Part shown: one piece after another, positions 1 through 12,100 of the stretch
How positions within the stretch are numbered: position 1 is the stretch's first letter
Layout of the letters: each line of letters starts with the position of its first letter
DNA from: Ginglymostoma cirratum
Lineage: Eukaryota
Reading direction: 5' to 3'
NCBI GenBank assembly: GCA_024137785.1
Contig: JAHRHZ010000002.1
Location: 9,724,049-9,780,693 of the forward strand
Length of the DNA stretch: 56,645 nucleotides
The notes under the pieces: model-generated
What the model was told of the DNA's origin: nothing
What the model saw: only the letters and a program-made list of their open reading frames with translations
Databases searched by the model: none
Translations under genes and position numbers: made by a program

Positions 1-4
1 GTCT

Positions 5-32
5 CCAATCGGCACGAAACTATATGAATAAA
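5..32 (+). promoter_or_regulatory. Core promoter of the MHC class I gene (CCAAT box and TATA-like box)
   Basis: CCAAT at 5-9 and TATATGAATAAA at 21-32, about 100 bp upstream of the leader ATG. Upstream SXY/ISRE/kB elements would lie outside the window. Confidence 0.5.
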
Positions 33-130
33 CAGGAACAAGACTTTAATCGCTGTGGAGGATGAAGGATTCGGGGATTGGGGAAAGAGTCTCCCGAAAT
101 GCCTCTCCCACCGTGAGGAAAGAAGTAGGA

Positions 131-179
131 ATGGAGGGAATGATACTTCTGGTGCTTCTGTGTGTACAGGTCTCTGCAG
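131..179 (+). CDS. MHC class I exon 1, signal peptide MEGMILLVLLCVQVSA
   Basis: Hydrophobic leader ending V-S-A, followed by the donor G|GTGAG at 180. Confidence 0.88.
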
Positions 180-3100
180 GTGAGCATTCACACCTGAGAG
201 GGGCTGTACCAGGCTGGGGGTTGCGTTAGAACATCTAACATAACAGAGCGAGGTGTGAGAGGGGCAGTGCCAAGTCGACACTGGGGTCGGGAGGATTGAG
301 GACGGTGTAGTAGGATGGGCAGGGTGAGGGAGGTGATTACGAACAAAAACAGAAGTTGCTGGGAAAGCTGAGCAGGTCTGGCAGCATCTGTGAAGGAAAA
401 ATCAGAGCTAACTTTTCGGGTCCGGTGACAATCCTCAAAACTGAAACGTTAACTTTTTAAAAAATTTTCCTTCACAGATGCTGCCAGACCTACTGAGCTT
501 TTCCAGCAACTTTGCTTATGTTCCTGATTTATAGCGTCCGCAGTTCTTTCGGTTTTTATTTAGATGGTTACGAAGTTGGTGGAGTGGGTGGGGGGGAGGG
601 GTGGTGAGGTGCATGCCTTCACCATTAAGTTAAACCATGATCGATATTTCCCATCTTCACGTCCATCAATTTTCCAACAAAAATCCAGTTTGGTTTTCTA
701 CTAATTTCCACTTGCAACGAGTACCCCTGGGCATTCACAACTTTCTGAATTCAGTGTTTTCACTATCGCTCAACGCAAGGAGAAACTTCCTGACTTCACT
801 GCTGAATGGCCTCGATCTTAATTTATGTGATGTCGACTTGTTTTGTCTGGATTCTGTCAACTACTTGTAACATTTTAAATGCTTAGAAACACACAAAGCA
901 GAGAGATTAGGAGCAGGAGCAGGCCATTCGGCCCTTCGAGTCTTCTCCACCACTCGACATGATCGTAGCTGAATTTCCAACTCCGTACCCTGTTCCCGCT
1001 TGGTACCCCACGTCCTTTGACAATCAGATTAGCTATGACTGTTCTATCCTCGAGGAATGATGAGCTTAAACACGGACAGAAAATGCCAGAGGAACTCAGC
1101 AGGTCCGTAGAGAGAGATTAACGTTTTATGGTTTGAAATGGCATTTCTTCAGAACTGTCAGCCAGTTCAGTCTAGACCCAAAACATTCATCGTGAGAATG
1201 TCTTTCCACAAAACATCAGAACCTTAAACTGGAAATTCTTCAACCGTTCACCAAAGGAACTGGTTCTATCTATCCTGTGACTATTGTGATGTTGAGCTCT
1301 GATATCAAATCTCCTCGATCTTGTCTTCTCCAAAGAAAACACACTGGGTTCTCCAATCCATGCACATTGCTGTGTGGTTCCTCACCACTGGAACTGTTTC
1401 AATTTATCTTTTCGACAAATTATCAAAGGAGTTCTCACAATCCCTAAAGTACTACACCCAGAATTAGAAAGGGATACTCTGATTCAGCCTGCACTATTGC
1501 CCTGTATCAATTCATGAATTATAGAGTCATAGAGATACACAGCATAGTCTAACTCGTCCATGCTGACCAGATATCCAATATAAATCTCATCCCATTAGCC
1601 AGCATTTGGCCCATGCCCCTCTAAACCCTTCCTATTCATATACTCATCCAGATAGCTTTTAAATGTTGTAATCGTACCAGGTTCCACTCCTTCCGATGGC
1701 AGCTCACTTCCATACATACACCACCCTCTGTGTGAAAAATTTGCCCCTTTGGCCCCTTTTAAATCTTTTCCCTCTCATCTTAAACCTAAGCGCTCCAGGT
1801 TTGGACTCCCCCACCCTGGGGTAAAGACCTTGTGTATTTACCCTACCTGTGCCCATCGCAATTTTATAAACCTCTGTAAGGTTTTCCCCCCTCAGCCTCC
1901 GAAACTCCAGGGAAAAGAGCCCCAGCCTATTCAGACTCTCCTTATAGCTCAACCCTTCCAACCCTGGCAACGTCCTTGTAAATCTTTTCTGAACCCTGTC
2001 AGGTTTCACAGCATCCTTCACCAGAATTGCGCAGAGTGTTCCAAAAGTGGCCTAACTGTACAGTCGCAACATGACCTCCCACCACCTGTACTCAATGCAC
2101 TGACCAATAAAGGCAAGTGTACTGAACAACTTCTTCACTATCCTATCTACCTGTGACTCCACTTTCAAGGAACTATGAACACACCCTCCAAGGTCTCTTT
2201 GTTCACCTTGCCATTGAAGCGTTTCAGTCCTGCCCTGATTTGGCTTTCCAAAATGCAACACCTCACGTTTATCTAAAGTAAACTCCATCTGCCATTCCTT
2301 AGCCCATTGGCCGATCTGATCAAGATCCAATTGTAGTATGGGGTAACTTTCTTTGCTGCCAGCTACACCTCCAATTTTGGCGTCAACTGCAAACATAATA
2401 ACCATACCTCCTATGTTGACATCCAGTCATTTATATCAATGACAAAAAGCAATGGACCCAGCACTGATCCATGTGGCACACCGCTGGTCACAGGCCTTCA
2501 GCCTGAAAAGCAACCCTCTACCACCACCCTCTGTCTTCTACTTTTGAGCCAGTTCTGTATCCAAGTAGCTAGTTCTCCCTGTATTCCATGTGATCTAATC
2601 TTGCTAACCAGGCTACCATGAGGAACCTTGTCGAATGCCTTACTCAAATCCATACAGATCACATCCACCACTCGGCCCTCATCAATCCTCTTCCTTACTT
2701 CTTCAAAAAATCTCAATCAAGTTAGTGAGATGAGATTTTGTATTTATTTATCCTTTCTTGGGATATGTGCAACTCTGGCAAGGCTAGCTTTTCTTTCCCA
2801 TCCCAAATTCCTTTTTGGCTTGCCAGGTCATTTCAGAGGGAAGTTAAGAAGCATAGAATCCCTACAGTGTGGAAGCAGGTGATTTGGCCCATTGAGTGCA
2901 CAATGATCCTCTGAAATACATCCCACCCAGACCCACTGTCCTCCCCTATAACCCTACATTTCCTATGGCTAACCCACCTAACTTTCACATTCCCTAGACA
3001 CGATGGGCAATTTAGTATAGCCAATTCACCTAACCTGCCGCACAATGCTATGGAACTGGAGTCACATGCAGGCTTGACCTGTCAAATTTCCTTCCCTCGG

Positions 3101-6100
3101 GGACAGGTGTATGAATGAGTGTGAAGAACACCCCACCCTATCCCATAGGCCTACATTTACCATGGCTGACACATAAGCTGCACATCTCTAGATAACTACG
3201 GGGCAACTTAGCTGCTGAATTACTTTTTTTAGAACTCCTTGTAATATCTTTGCTAAGAAAATTGTGGAGTGACAGGGCTAGGATGGGAGGAGTGGGGTGC
3301 TCTTCAGAGGGTCAGTGCAGACTCAGTAGGCCGAATGGCCTCTTCCTGCACTGTAGGGATTCTGTGCTTTTTGAGATCTGCGTGCACCATATGTTGTCTG
3401 AGCCTGTTGCCTCAATCAAAACTCAGTAAGGTTTGTTTAAAAATCTGTATTTTTTTTAGAAACGGCAAGGCAATCTCTGCATGTTTTCCTCTGTTGATCA
3501 CACAGTTACAACAAAACAGTCTGTTTATGTGCCACATCTAAAGTCATACAATTTCCACAGGTTGGTGACGCAAATTTCAGAGGAGGGATTCAGTTGGATT
3601 GTAGGAGCGCAGTGGGACACTGAAGCCTTGATCATGGCCACTCAGTGAGGGATCTGGGAGGTAGGGGATAAGACTCAGGAGGACCACTGCGAGCAGGGAT
3701 CAATTGTAGGCTTCGTTTTCTGTTGCATTTCAATGTGGAGGACATGACCCTCTTGCCTCTTTTTGTTTCAGACCCTCACTCTCTTCAATACTTGGCCACT
3801 GCTCAGACTGCCACCCACCACCTCCCAGGCTTTATGATCGTCGGTTATGTGGACGGTGTCCAGTTTTTTAACTATGACAGTGATCAGAAGAGATTGATTG
3901 CCCAGGGGCAATGGATGGTGGAAAGTAAGAAGCCCCCATTCTGGGAGCGAAGTGCTGTGCTGGCACAGCAGAAGGAGAAACATTTCGAAACCTACATTGA
4001 GATGATAGCAGCGCGGACCAACCAGTCAGGCGGTGAGCACTTACACTTTTGCCATTCACCATCTTTTTGACAGAAGCTGGGAGTGGAAGGAGCCTGGATA
4101 GGGTCATGGGAAGGAAGTGGCTCCATCTCCATAGAACAAGGGCTGGAACAGAAGGTGTACATTAGACTTCAAAATCATATCTTTATGTATTTTTTAAAGA
4201 AAGCTGTTCCCACCTGGCTGATGTTCCAAAGATTAGGGGAACATATATTTCAGGGTTTGACCGAGGGATGCAGGAAAATGAATAAAGGAAGATCCAACTT
4301 CAGTGAGGCATGTATGGGCTTTTTGACTGGAATAAATCTGTTTGAAAATCCGTAGTTGAACACCGGGCTAAATTCGAAGAAGAGCTGGCTCATTTGCACT
4401 TGGGTTGGCAAGGTGCTTCGGTGGTTAGCGCTGCTGCCTCAGCGCCAGGAATCCAGGTTCAGTTCCACCCTCAGACAACTGTCTGTCTCTGGAGTCTGCC
4501 CATTCTCCATGTGGCTGGGTGGGTTTCCTCAGGGTGCTCCGGTTTCTTCCCACAGTTCAAAGATGTGCGTGTTTGGTGGATTGGCCATGCTAAATTGCTC
4601 ACAGTACCCAGGGGTATGCAGGCGAGGTGGCTTAGCCATGGGAAATACAGGGTTACAGGTTTGGCCGAGGGTTGCTGTCACGGTTGGATGCTCTTCAGAG
4701 GGATTGGTTTGGACTTGTAAGATCAAATGGCCTACTTCCACCCTGTGGAGATTCTATGGAAAGGAGGGCAAACAACTTCAGAGCTCCCTAGATGGAAATT
4801 GAGACAGCAGTTAAAATAAAGATTAAAAAGTGTGCTTATGACAGATTAATAAGTACGGTTGAGAACCAAAAGGAATTTGAAAGGTCTGGGGGGAGGTGAA
4901 AGATGTTAGAGAAGCAAAGAGGGATTATGATAAAAGACTGGTGGTCAACATGAAAGGGTGTCTTAGAGTCTTCTGTGGGGATGTCCATATTAACAGGGTG
5001 GTAAAATTAGGACTGACTAGGGCCCAAATGTTTTTTACACATGGAGGCAGGAGGCATGGCTGATGTGTTAAATGGACACTTTGTATCTGCCTTTATCAAG
5101 GGGGTGAAAGCGGCCTTGGCAAGCAGGACACTCTGTCAGTAAAAAGGTTCAAAATTGATCAGGATGAAGTGTTCAATAGAATATTGATTCTTAAAGTTGG
5201 CACCATGACCACACAAGATGTATTCAATGATAGTGAAGGAGAGTGGAATTTTGCAAGAGCACTGGCCATGATCTTTGAGTTTTCACTCGACTTGGGAGAC
5301 GCCCAAAAATTGGAAAAGTGAAGATTTTGTGTCCTTGTTCAAAAAAGCCTGGAAGGCTAAGGCCTGCAGTTACAGACAAATCAGTTTAAAGTTTGCAGTG
5401 GGGAAGCTTGTAGAAACAATTATTCATAGTCAGACAAATAAAAGTGGCTTGTAGACAACCAATGCTGGAGTTCACATTGGGTCAGACAGTATCTATGGAG
5501 AATGACGGCAAGTTAATGCTTTGAGTCTAAATGACTCTTCTTCAGACCTGGAGTGAAGTGCAGAGGTACCAGCATTTATGCTATAGTTTGGGGAGGGAGG
5601 GTGTGGAGGTAGTGGAGTGTAGAGTGCTGGCAGAGAAAAGATGTTGATAGTTCAGATTAAGTGGTCGGAATGTGAGAATGGCAGTACAATAGTGTGTCTA
5701 GCTGCCAGACTTGAAGGGACGGATAGTCCCTCCGGGGCGGGGGGAGAGGAGAGAGGATATGTGACTGAGAATGTAACAAGCTAAAAGAAAAGGAAGGAAT
5801 GGTTCACAAATTCTCACATTCCGATCACTTAATCTGAACTATCTGCCAGCACCCTACACCCACTACCCCCACCCCAACGCCCAAACTATAGCATAAATGC
5901 TGTCCCCTCCACACTCCACTTAGCTCTGATGGAGACGTCTAGACTCGAAACATTAGCTTGCTCTCTCTTCATGGATGCTGCCTGACCCACTCTGATCTCC
6001 CAGTACTGGTTGTTTTCAGTACAAGTTCCAGCATCTGCCACAATTTTCTCCCAGAATAAAAGTGGCCTGTTTTTAGGGAAGGATTCTAAAGGGGAAATCA

Positions 6101-9100
6101 TCTTTGACTAACATGCAAGAGTTTTGTTTTGAAGAGGTAACAGGTGGGAGAATTTTTGTTTTTAGTTGCGGGGAGGAATGCAAGGGGAAGGTTCAGTCCT
6201 TTAAATATCCTTAACAGGAGTGGTGTGGAGTTGCAGATTTGGTAGCAATCTAGTCTGGTATTGGTAGACCTTTTGAATATGCATAGTTGATGCCTTTGCA
6301 CTCTTTCAAATTCATCCAGTGAATTGCTCGCACTCAGTTCAGTTATTCAGCACTGAGTTTATTTGACAACTTGTTGGGTTCTTGCATCCTTTAAAGATAG
6401 TCACCCTTTTAAAGCACATTTCACTTAGTGAGGTCTGGATGTGCTTGTGTATCGGTATCTAGGTACAGTAAGTAATTAAGAAAGTGAACAGAATATTACT
6501 GTTTATTTTGACGGGAACAGAATGCAAACGTTGGGAGGTTATGCTTCAGTTATCGAGGTCACTGGTGAGAGTACATCTGGAACACAGTATAAGGTATTGG
6601 TCTCCTTATTTACGTAACACTGCAAATGTTTTGGAGGCAGCTCATAGAAGGTTCACTTGACCAGTACCAGGAATGGGCAGGTTGTCTGAAGAAGAAAAGG
6701 TAGGGTCAGGTTTGTTTTGTGATGGCTGGAGTTCAGAAGACTTACAGTTGACTTGATTGAAATGTAAACAATCCTGAAGGGTCCAGCCAAGGTGGATGTG
6801 AAGTACATTGTTTCCTCTTGTGAAACAATCTAGATCCAGAGTCACCACCAAAATTCAAAGAATAGAATCCCTACAGTGTGGTAACAGGCCCTTTGGCCCA
6901 ACAAGTCCATATACACTATCTGAAGAGCACCCCACCCAGGCGCTTCCCCCCATCCTTTCCCAGAACCCCACATTTCCAAAAGCGGACACCTAACCTGTAC
7001 ATCCCTGAACACTACGGGTAATTTAGCATGGCCAATCCACCTAGCCTGCACATCTTTGGACTGTGGGAGGAAACCGGAGCACCCGGAGGAAACCCACGCA
7101 GACACAGGCAGAATGTACAAACTCCACACAGACAGTTGCCCGAGGGTGGCATTAAACTTGAGTCCTGGCGGTGTGAGGCAGCAGTGCTAACCACTGAGCC
7201 ACCGCGCCAACCCTAAAATAAAGTGGCTGTTCTGTTTAAGAATAGGATAATGACATTTTCTTGCAGGTAGCCTTTTGGAGACACAAAAGGGGTTGGGGGG
7301 GGTCGGTTTATTAGGGATAGATGGGATAGCGAAGTCATCAGATCGGCAGAATTGAATGGTTGGGTCGGTCCAAAGGGCCGAGTGGCCTAATTCTGTCCCC
7401 GTTTTGTATGTTTATATACTCCTATAGAAATGATTCATGCTACTACCTGCTTCCAATTGTTGAATGATCTGATGCAGGCTAATGGGTGAGGCCTCACAGT
7501 CCTATGGGATCTGATTCCCTGCATCCATCTCACTGACAGGGATCCACTGGTTCCAGCTAATGACTGGCTGTGACCTCAGGGAGGATGGCACTGCAAGTGG
7601 ATTCTCACAGTTTGGCTGGGACGGGCAAGATTACATGAAATTTGACAAAGACCGCCAAGACTGGGTCACTACGGTACGATGGGGAGAGAGCACGAAGAAA
7701 TGGTGGGAGGACGTCAGGGCGTGGAATAATCAGCACTGGAAGTATTACCTGGAGGAGGAGTGCATTCACTGGCTGAACACCTACCTGGATTACGGACAGC
7801 AGATGCTGAGTACCAGTAAGTGAGGGGTTAGGGACACCGAGAGTGGGTGAGTGAGGGAGGTGGGGGAAGTGAGAATCGCTGAGTGAGGGGTGGGGGAGTG
7901 ACAGTAGGGGAGAGATTGGTGACTGAGCGGGGTGTGAGAATTGGTGAGTGGCAGTGGACCTGAGGGGGGGGGATGTGAGTGTCGGTGAGTGGGCGTTGAC
8001 AAGAGTGTGGGCGAGTGGGGGGGGATGATGGGGAGAGTTGGTGAGCGAGAGCGGGGAGTGGGTGTGCAGGTCGGTGAGGGGGGGGTGAGCGGGGTGTAGG
8101 TCGGTGTTACAAATCGGAGGGTAACCCCCCCGCCCAGAGAACTAAAACTGAAACACCCAAAGAGGAGCAGCTCGCGCCATAATCTGTAAAAGGAGTGTGA
8201 GAAGTGGTGTAACCTGCTTCTCGGCAACTTCTAGTGGTTAAATAAAATAAATCCCTAGCACTGGCTTTAAAATCAACAAGTAACAGTTTATTTATCTAAC
8301 TTTAACAATGAATAAATTAACAAATGGAATAAATCCTTTCTAACTACCAACTGTTCCTGAATAAAGCAATTTTCAAATGGTATACTGTTCTAATGAATAT
8401 GAGACCCAGTTATATAAAGAAAAAGCATTCAGTCTTTTGAAATAACAGCCAGGTTACAGGTCTTTTGGAATGTTCTGTGCCTTTTCTATTGATTCTTCTG
8501 TCAGGAATATTAACAGGTTGTGCTGTTGGTAACATTATTATTTAGATGGCGATTTCCCTAAGACATAGAGGAGGCTTTGAGAGCCAGTAATTCTCTCTCG
8601 AGAGTTGAGGACCATTAGCTCTGGCGGATGGCAGCTAGTTTTGGGATCTTTGTCTAGCTGCCTCCTTCTTATACCCTTGATGACATATCAATATTTCTTC
8701 CAGTTGGATTGGTCCTATGTTCTCAAAACCATCAGACATAAATTTAATAGATTTTTGGAATTTAAGTACCTGGTTCAAATTGATTTGGCTAAATTCAAAA
8801 GTCTGTTGTCTTGGTTAAAAACTGCTGCTTGGTCTGCTAACAGTACGGCCTTTCGATACAAATGTTTCAACTTGGGTGCTCTGTGTGTTTGCAAACTTTC
8901 GAGCTGCTGTTCAAAAACGTCCATTTTAAATCTCTAAGCACATGCTATTTAAAGGGGCTACATGATGCTTTCCTCCCGCCCTAGCATCTTACAAATACCA
9001 AATTCTAACTTCCAGCCTCCTAATCCACAATTACTCTGCCCAACTTTGCAACAGCCGGTGAACAAGGGCAGGAGTGTGTGTCGGCCAGTGAATAAGCAAG

Positions 9101-12100
9101 AGGGGATTGGAAGAAGTGAAGCGGGGGAGGTTAGAGTTGGTGTGTGAGGTGGGAAGGCAATGAGAGTCAGTGTGGGATGGGGAGGCGGGAGGCGGGAGAA
9201 TCGGTGAGTGGGGGAAATGAGGTTCTAAATGGCGGGAGGCAATGCGAGTCAGGGAATGAGGGAGCAGGGAGAACCATGATCTCTCTCTTGATGTTCCTGC
9301 ACTGACTCCTCTTTCTGTCTCCCTCAGTTGCCCCCGTCGTGTCATTTACCCGTCTGGGTGATTCTAACCGGCTGTCCTGCCTCGTTACTGGGTTTTACCC
9401 CCAAGCCATCGAGGTGACTCTGTGGAAGGATGGAGTGTTGATCGATGAGACCCTGTCCACCGGGATCTTACCCAATCATGACAGGACTTACCAGATCCAG
9501 AAATGGATAGAGTTTGATCCGGAGGATCAGGCCGAGTATTCCTGTTATGTGGAGCACAGTGGTCTGGAGGAGAAGCTGGTGGTGATTTTCGGTAAGGCTG
9601 TTTCTCACTGTTTGAGAGGAAACCAGACTGGGGCTGGGATCATGGGGGTGTGGTGGTGTGGGTCACTGCTAAGTTCTTGGTTTAGGATAGGCTAGGGATG
9701 GGATGGAGCGTGAGAAATAAACATTCACTTCCACGTGTCAAAGATATCATACCATTTTTGGACAGTTGTGATTTTAGACTGTGTAACCTAAGATACTGCA
9801 GTATGACACGAACCATTGTATCATGGAGCCCTGTTAACAGACTGTGAGCTGGTTGGTGAGACGGAAAGAAACACACATATTTTCCTCTGTGCACAGAGTT
9901 TACTGCGTTGCTCAGTCTTGCCCCTCTCAATCCACTTTCACAGTTGCTCTGCCCACAGGAAATTGACATGAACCATGAGTTCCTCTTAACATGAACAATA
10001 TGATTAGCCATTGCTCGAATCCCTCCTTTAAATTTAAACTTTTGTTGACAGGTTTTCTAAAACTGAATTGAAAGGCCATATTTTCTATAGAATGCCATTC
10101 CACTCCACTCATCTTTCACAGAACGAAAGAGCTCCTCTTTTCTGAGAGGGTGTGCTGATCAGGAGTCGCTTTCAGAAATGCAGAGCCATACTTCCATTCC
10201 GATCGGCCCCTCAAACTCGTAGAACGGTTGACTGAGGACAAACCACTCTCCCATTTTCACAGCAGTATTCTGAGACCAAATATGCTGCGCAAGAGACAGA
10301 CGCTATGATAAGCTGATGCTAAAGGTTAAGTTTGTTAAAGTAAGTACGAGGCTGGTGTGCAGAGGAAGTAGGGTACAAGTTAAGTAGGGTGGCTTTTGGG
10401 AAAGAGAGTTGGGAAGATCGGATGTCAGGGGATTGAGTGGCATGTGAACAGGATGCCAAGTGGCTAAGGTGCTCGTGCACATGGGGGGCTGGGCAAGTGA
10501 TGCAGTGGTTTGCTTGACTAGAGTCATAGAGTTACACAGCCACGGAAACAGACGCTTCGGTCCAACTCGTCCATGCTGACTGGATATCCTAAACTGATCT
10601 TGTCCCTTTTGCCAGCATTTGACTCTAACCCCTCACAACCCTTCCTATTCATGTACCCAGCCAGATGCCTTTTAAATGTTGTAATTGTACCAGCCTCCAA
10701 CACTTCCTCTGGCAGTTCCTTCCATACATGCACCACCCTCTGCGTGAAAAAATTGCCCCTTTCGTCTCTTTTAATTATTTCCCCTCTCACCTTAAATCTG
10801 TGCCATCTAGTTTTGGACTCCTCCCATCCTGGGGGAAAAGACCTTGGCTATTCAGGCTATCCACGCCCCTTTAAGATCAGCCTTTGATGCTCCAGGGAAG
10901 ATAACCCCATTTAGCCTCTCTATAGCTCAAACCCTCCAACCCTGGCAACATCCTTGTACAACATCTTTCCATACAGCAGGGAGACCAGAATTGAAGATAT
11001 TTTGTCCATCGGGTGAGGGTGGAGTAGCGTGTCATCTTGATTATCCTGGGGGCAATTGAGGACCGAGGGAATTGGGTCTGGATGGGGTGGAGAATCAGGT
11101 CTAGTGGTGGATGCAGTGGGCAGTGGATGGGATAGTGTTAGACATATGTGGGGTGGGGTTGCAAGAATGGGTGAGGTGCTGTTGCAGGCGGTGATATAGG
11201 TGTTGGGTCAGGATTTGAGATTGTAAAGGGGCAGCCGGGAGGTGTATTTGAGGTGATCTGAGGTTTGTTGTGGGAGTCAATATAATAATTACCCTGGATT
11301 AGACTGGGTCTTTAATCATAGAATTATAGATACCTACAATGCGTAAGCAGGCCATTCAGCCCATCGAGCCAACACCAGCCTTCCAAAGAGCATCCAGCTC
11401 TGACTGACCCACCCACCCACCCACCCTATCCAAGCTCTGCATTTCCCATGGCTAATCCGTGTCACCTGCATGTCCCTGGACACTGTGGGCAATTAAGAGT
11501 CTAACATTTCCTCTGAGTTCCAATTGAATTAACTACTACAAAAGTCTCTGATTTGTTTGGAGACTTTCAGAGGGTTTCAGGAGTACAGGAAATGCCCAGC
11601 AGAATCTTCAATTACCTGGCTCACATTGTCAATGCTATGGTGAGAATTTGCGCTTGGTCACCAGTGCACAGCTCCCATCGACACTGTAGGAAGAACGATC
11701 TGCCCAGGGGAAAAGCTGGGCTGAAATCATCTCTCCATCGTCTTGTCACATGTTAGAATGAAAGCAGCCATTAATGAGTAGGCGATGCTCAGGGTCTGGG
11801 TGGGTAGTGGTGAAATGGAAATGGTATTCAATGCCAGTCTGTGCCAATAGAGACATTTGGGTTTGGTTCTGCTGGAGGTGACACACTCAAGCCTGAACCC
11901 TGAGGGTTGAGTCTGACGCAGACCCTGAGTCGGGGGAAAGTTTTCAGATCCGAAAAAAAGGAGATTGTGGACAGGCTTGGTGCAGGGGAATTGTTCTTCA
12001 TGCGATAGGTGTTTAAGAAGGAGTGCTTCTGGATTTACAAGGGGGAAAGGAGTTGGGGAGATGTGTGCCTGTGTGTTTGTTCCATACACATACCTATGCA

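Noticed and set aside
24-65. Upstream out-of-frame uORF starting at ATG 24
   Set aside because: The ATG lies inside the TATA-like box and is probably not transcribed.
344-561. Interpretation of the palindromes as DNA-transposon MITEs or CRISPR-like repeats
   Set aside because: Asymmetric truncated arms, variable 7-16 bp TSDs and hammerhead cores fit retroelements; there is no regular repeat-spacer array and the DNA is eukaryotic.
4356-4802. Recurrent short ORFs with GFPPGAPVSSHSPKMC or MANPPNLHIFGLWEETG
   Set aside because: Translations of HE1 SINE copies, not genes.
6861-7210. tRNA-like sequences with A and B boxes
   Set aside because: These are SINE heads followed by V-domain and LINE-like tails; no complete cloverleaf tRNA gene was seen.
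7540-7815. W-category, class II or CD1-like assignment of the MHC gene
   Set aside because: It is a three-domain heavy chain with most peptide-terminus residues retained, which fits a U-type class I; no specific lineage symbol could be supported.
7790-8227. Pro/Thr/His-rich minus-strand ORFs (also 9031-9345, 15562-15951, 33626-33829)
   Set aside because: Antisense reading of G-rich low-complexity sequence.
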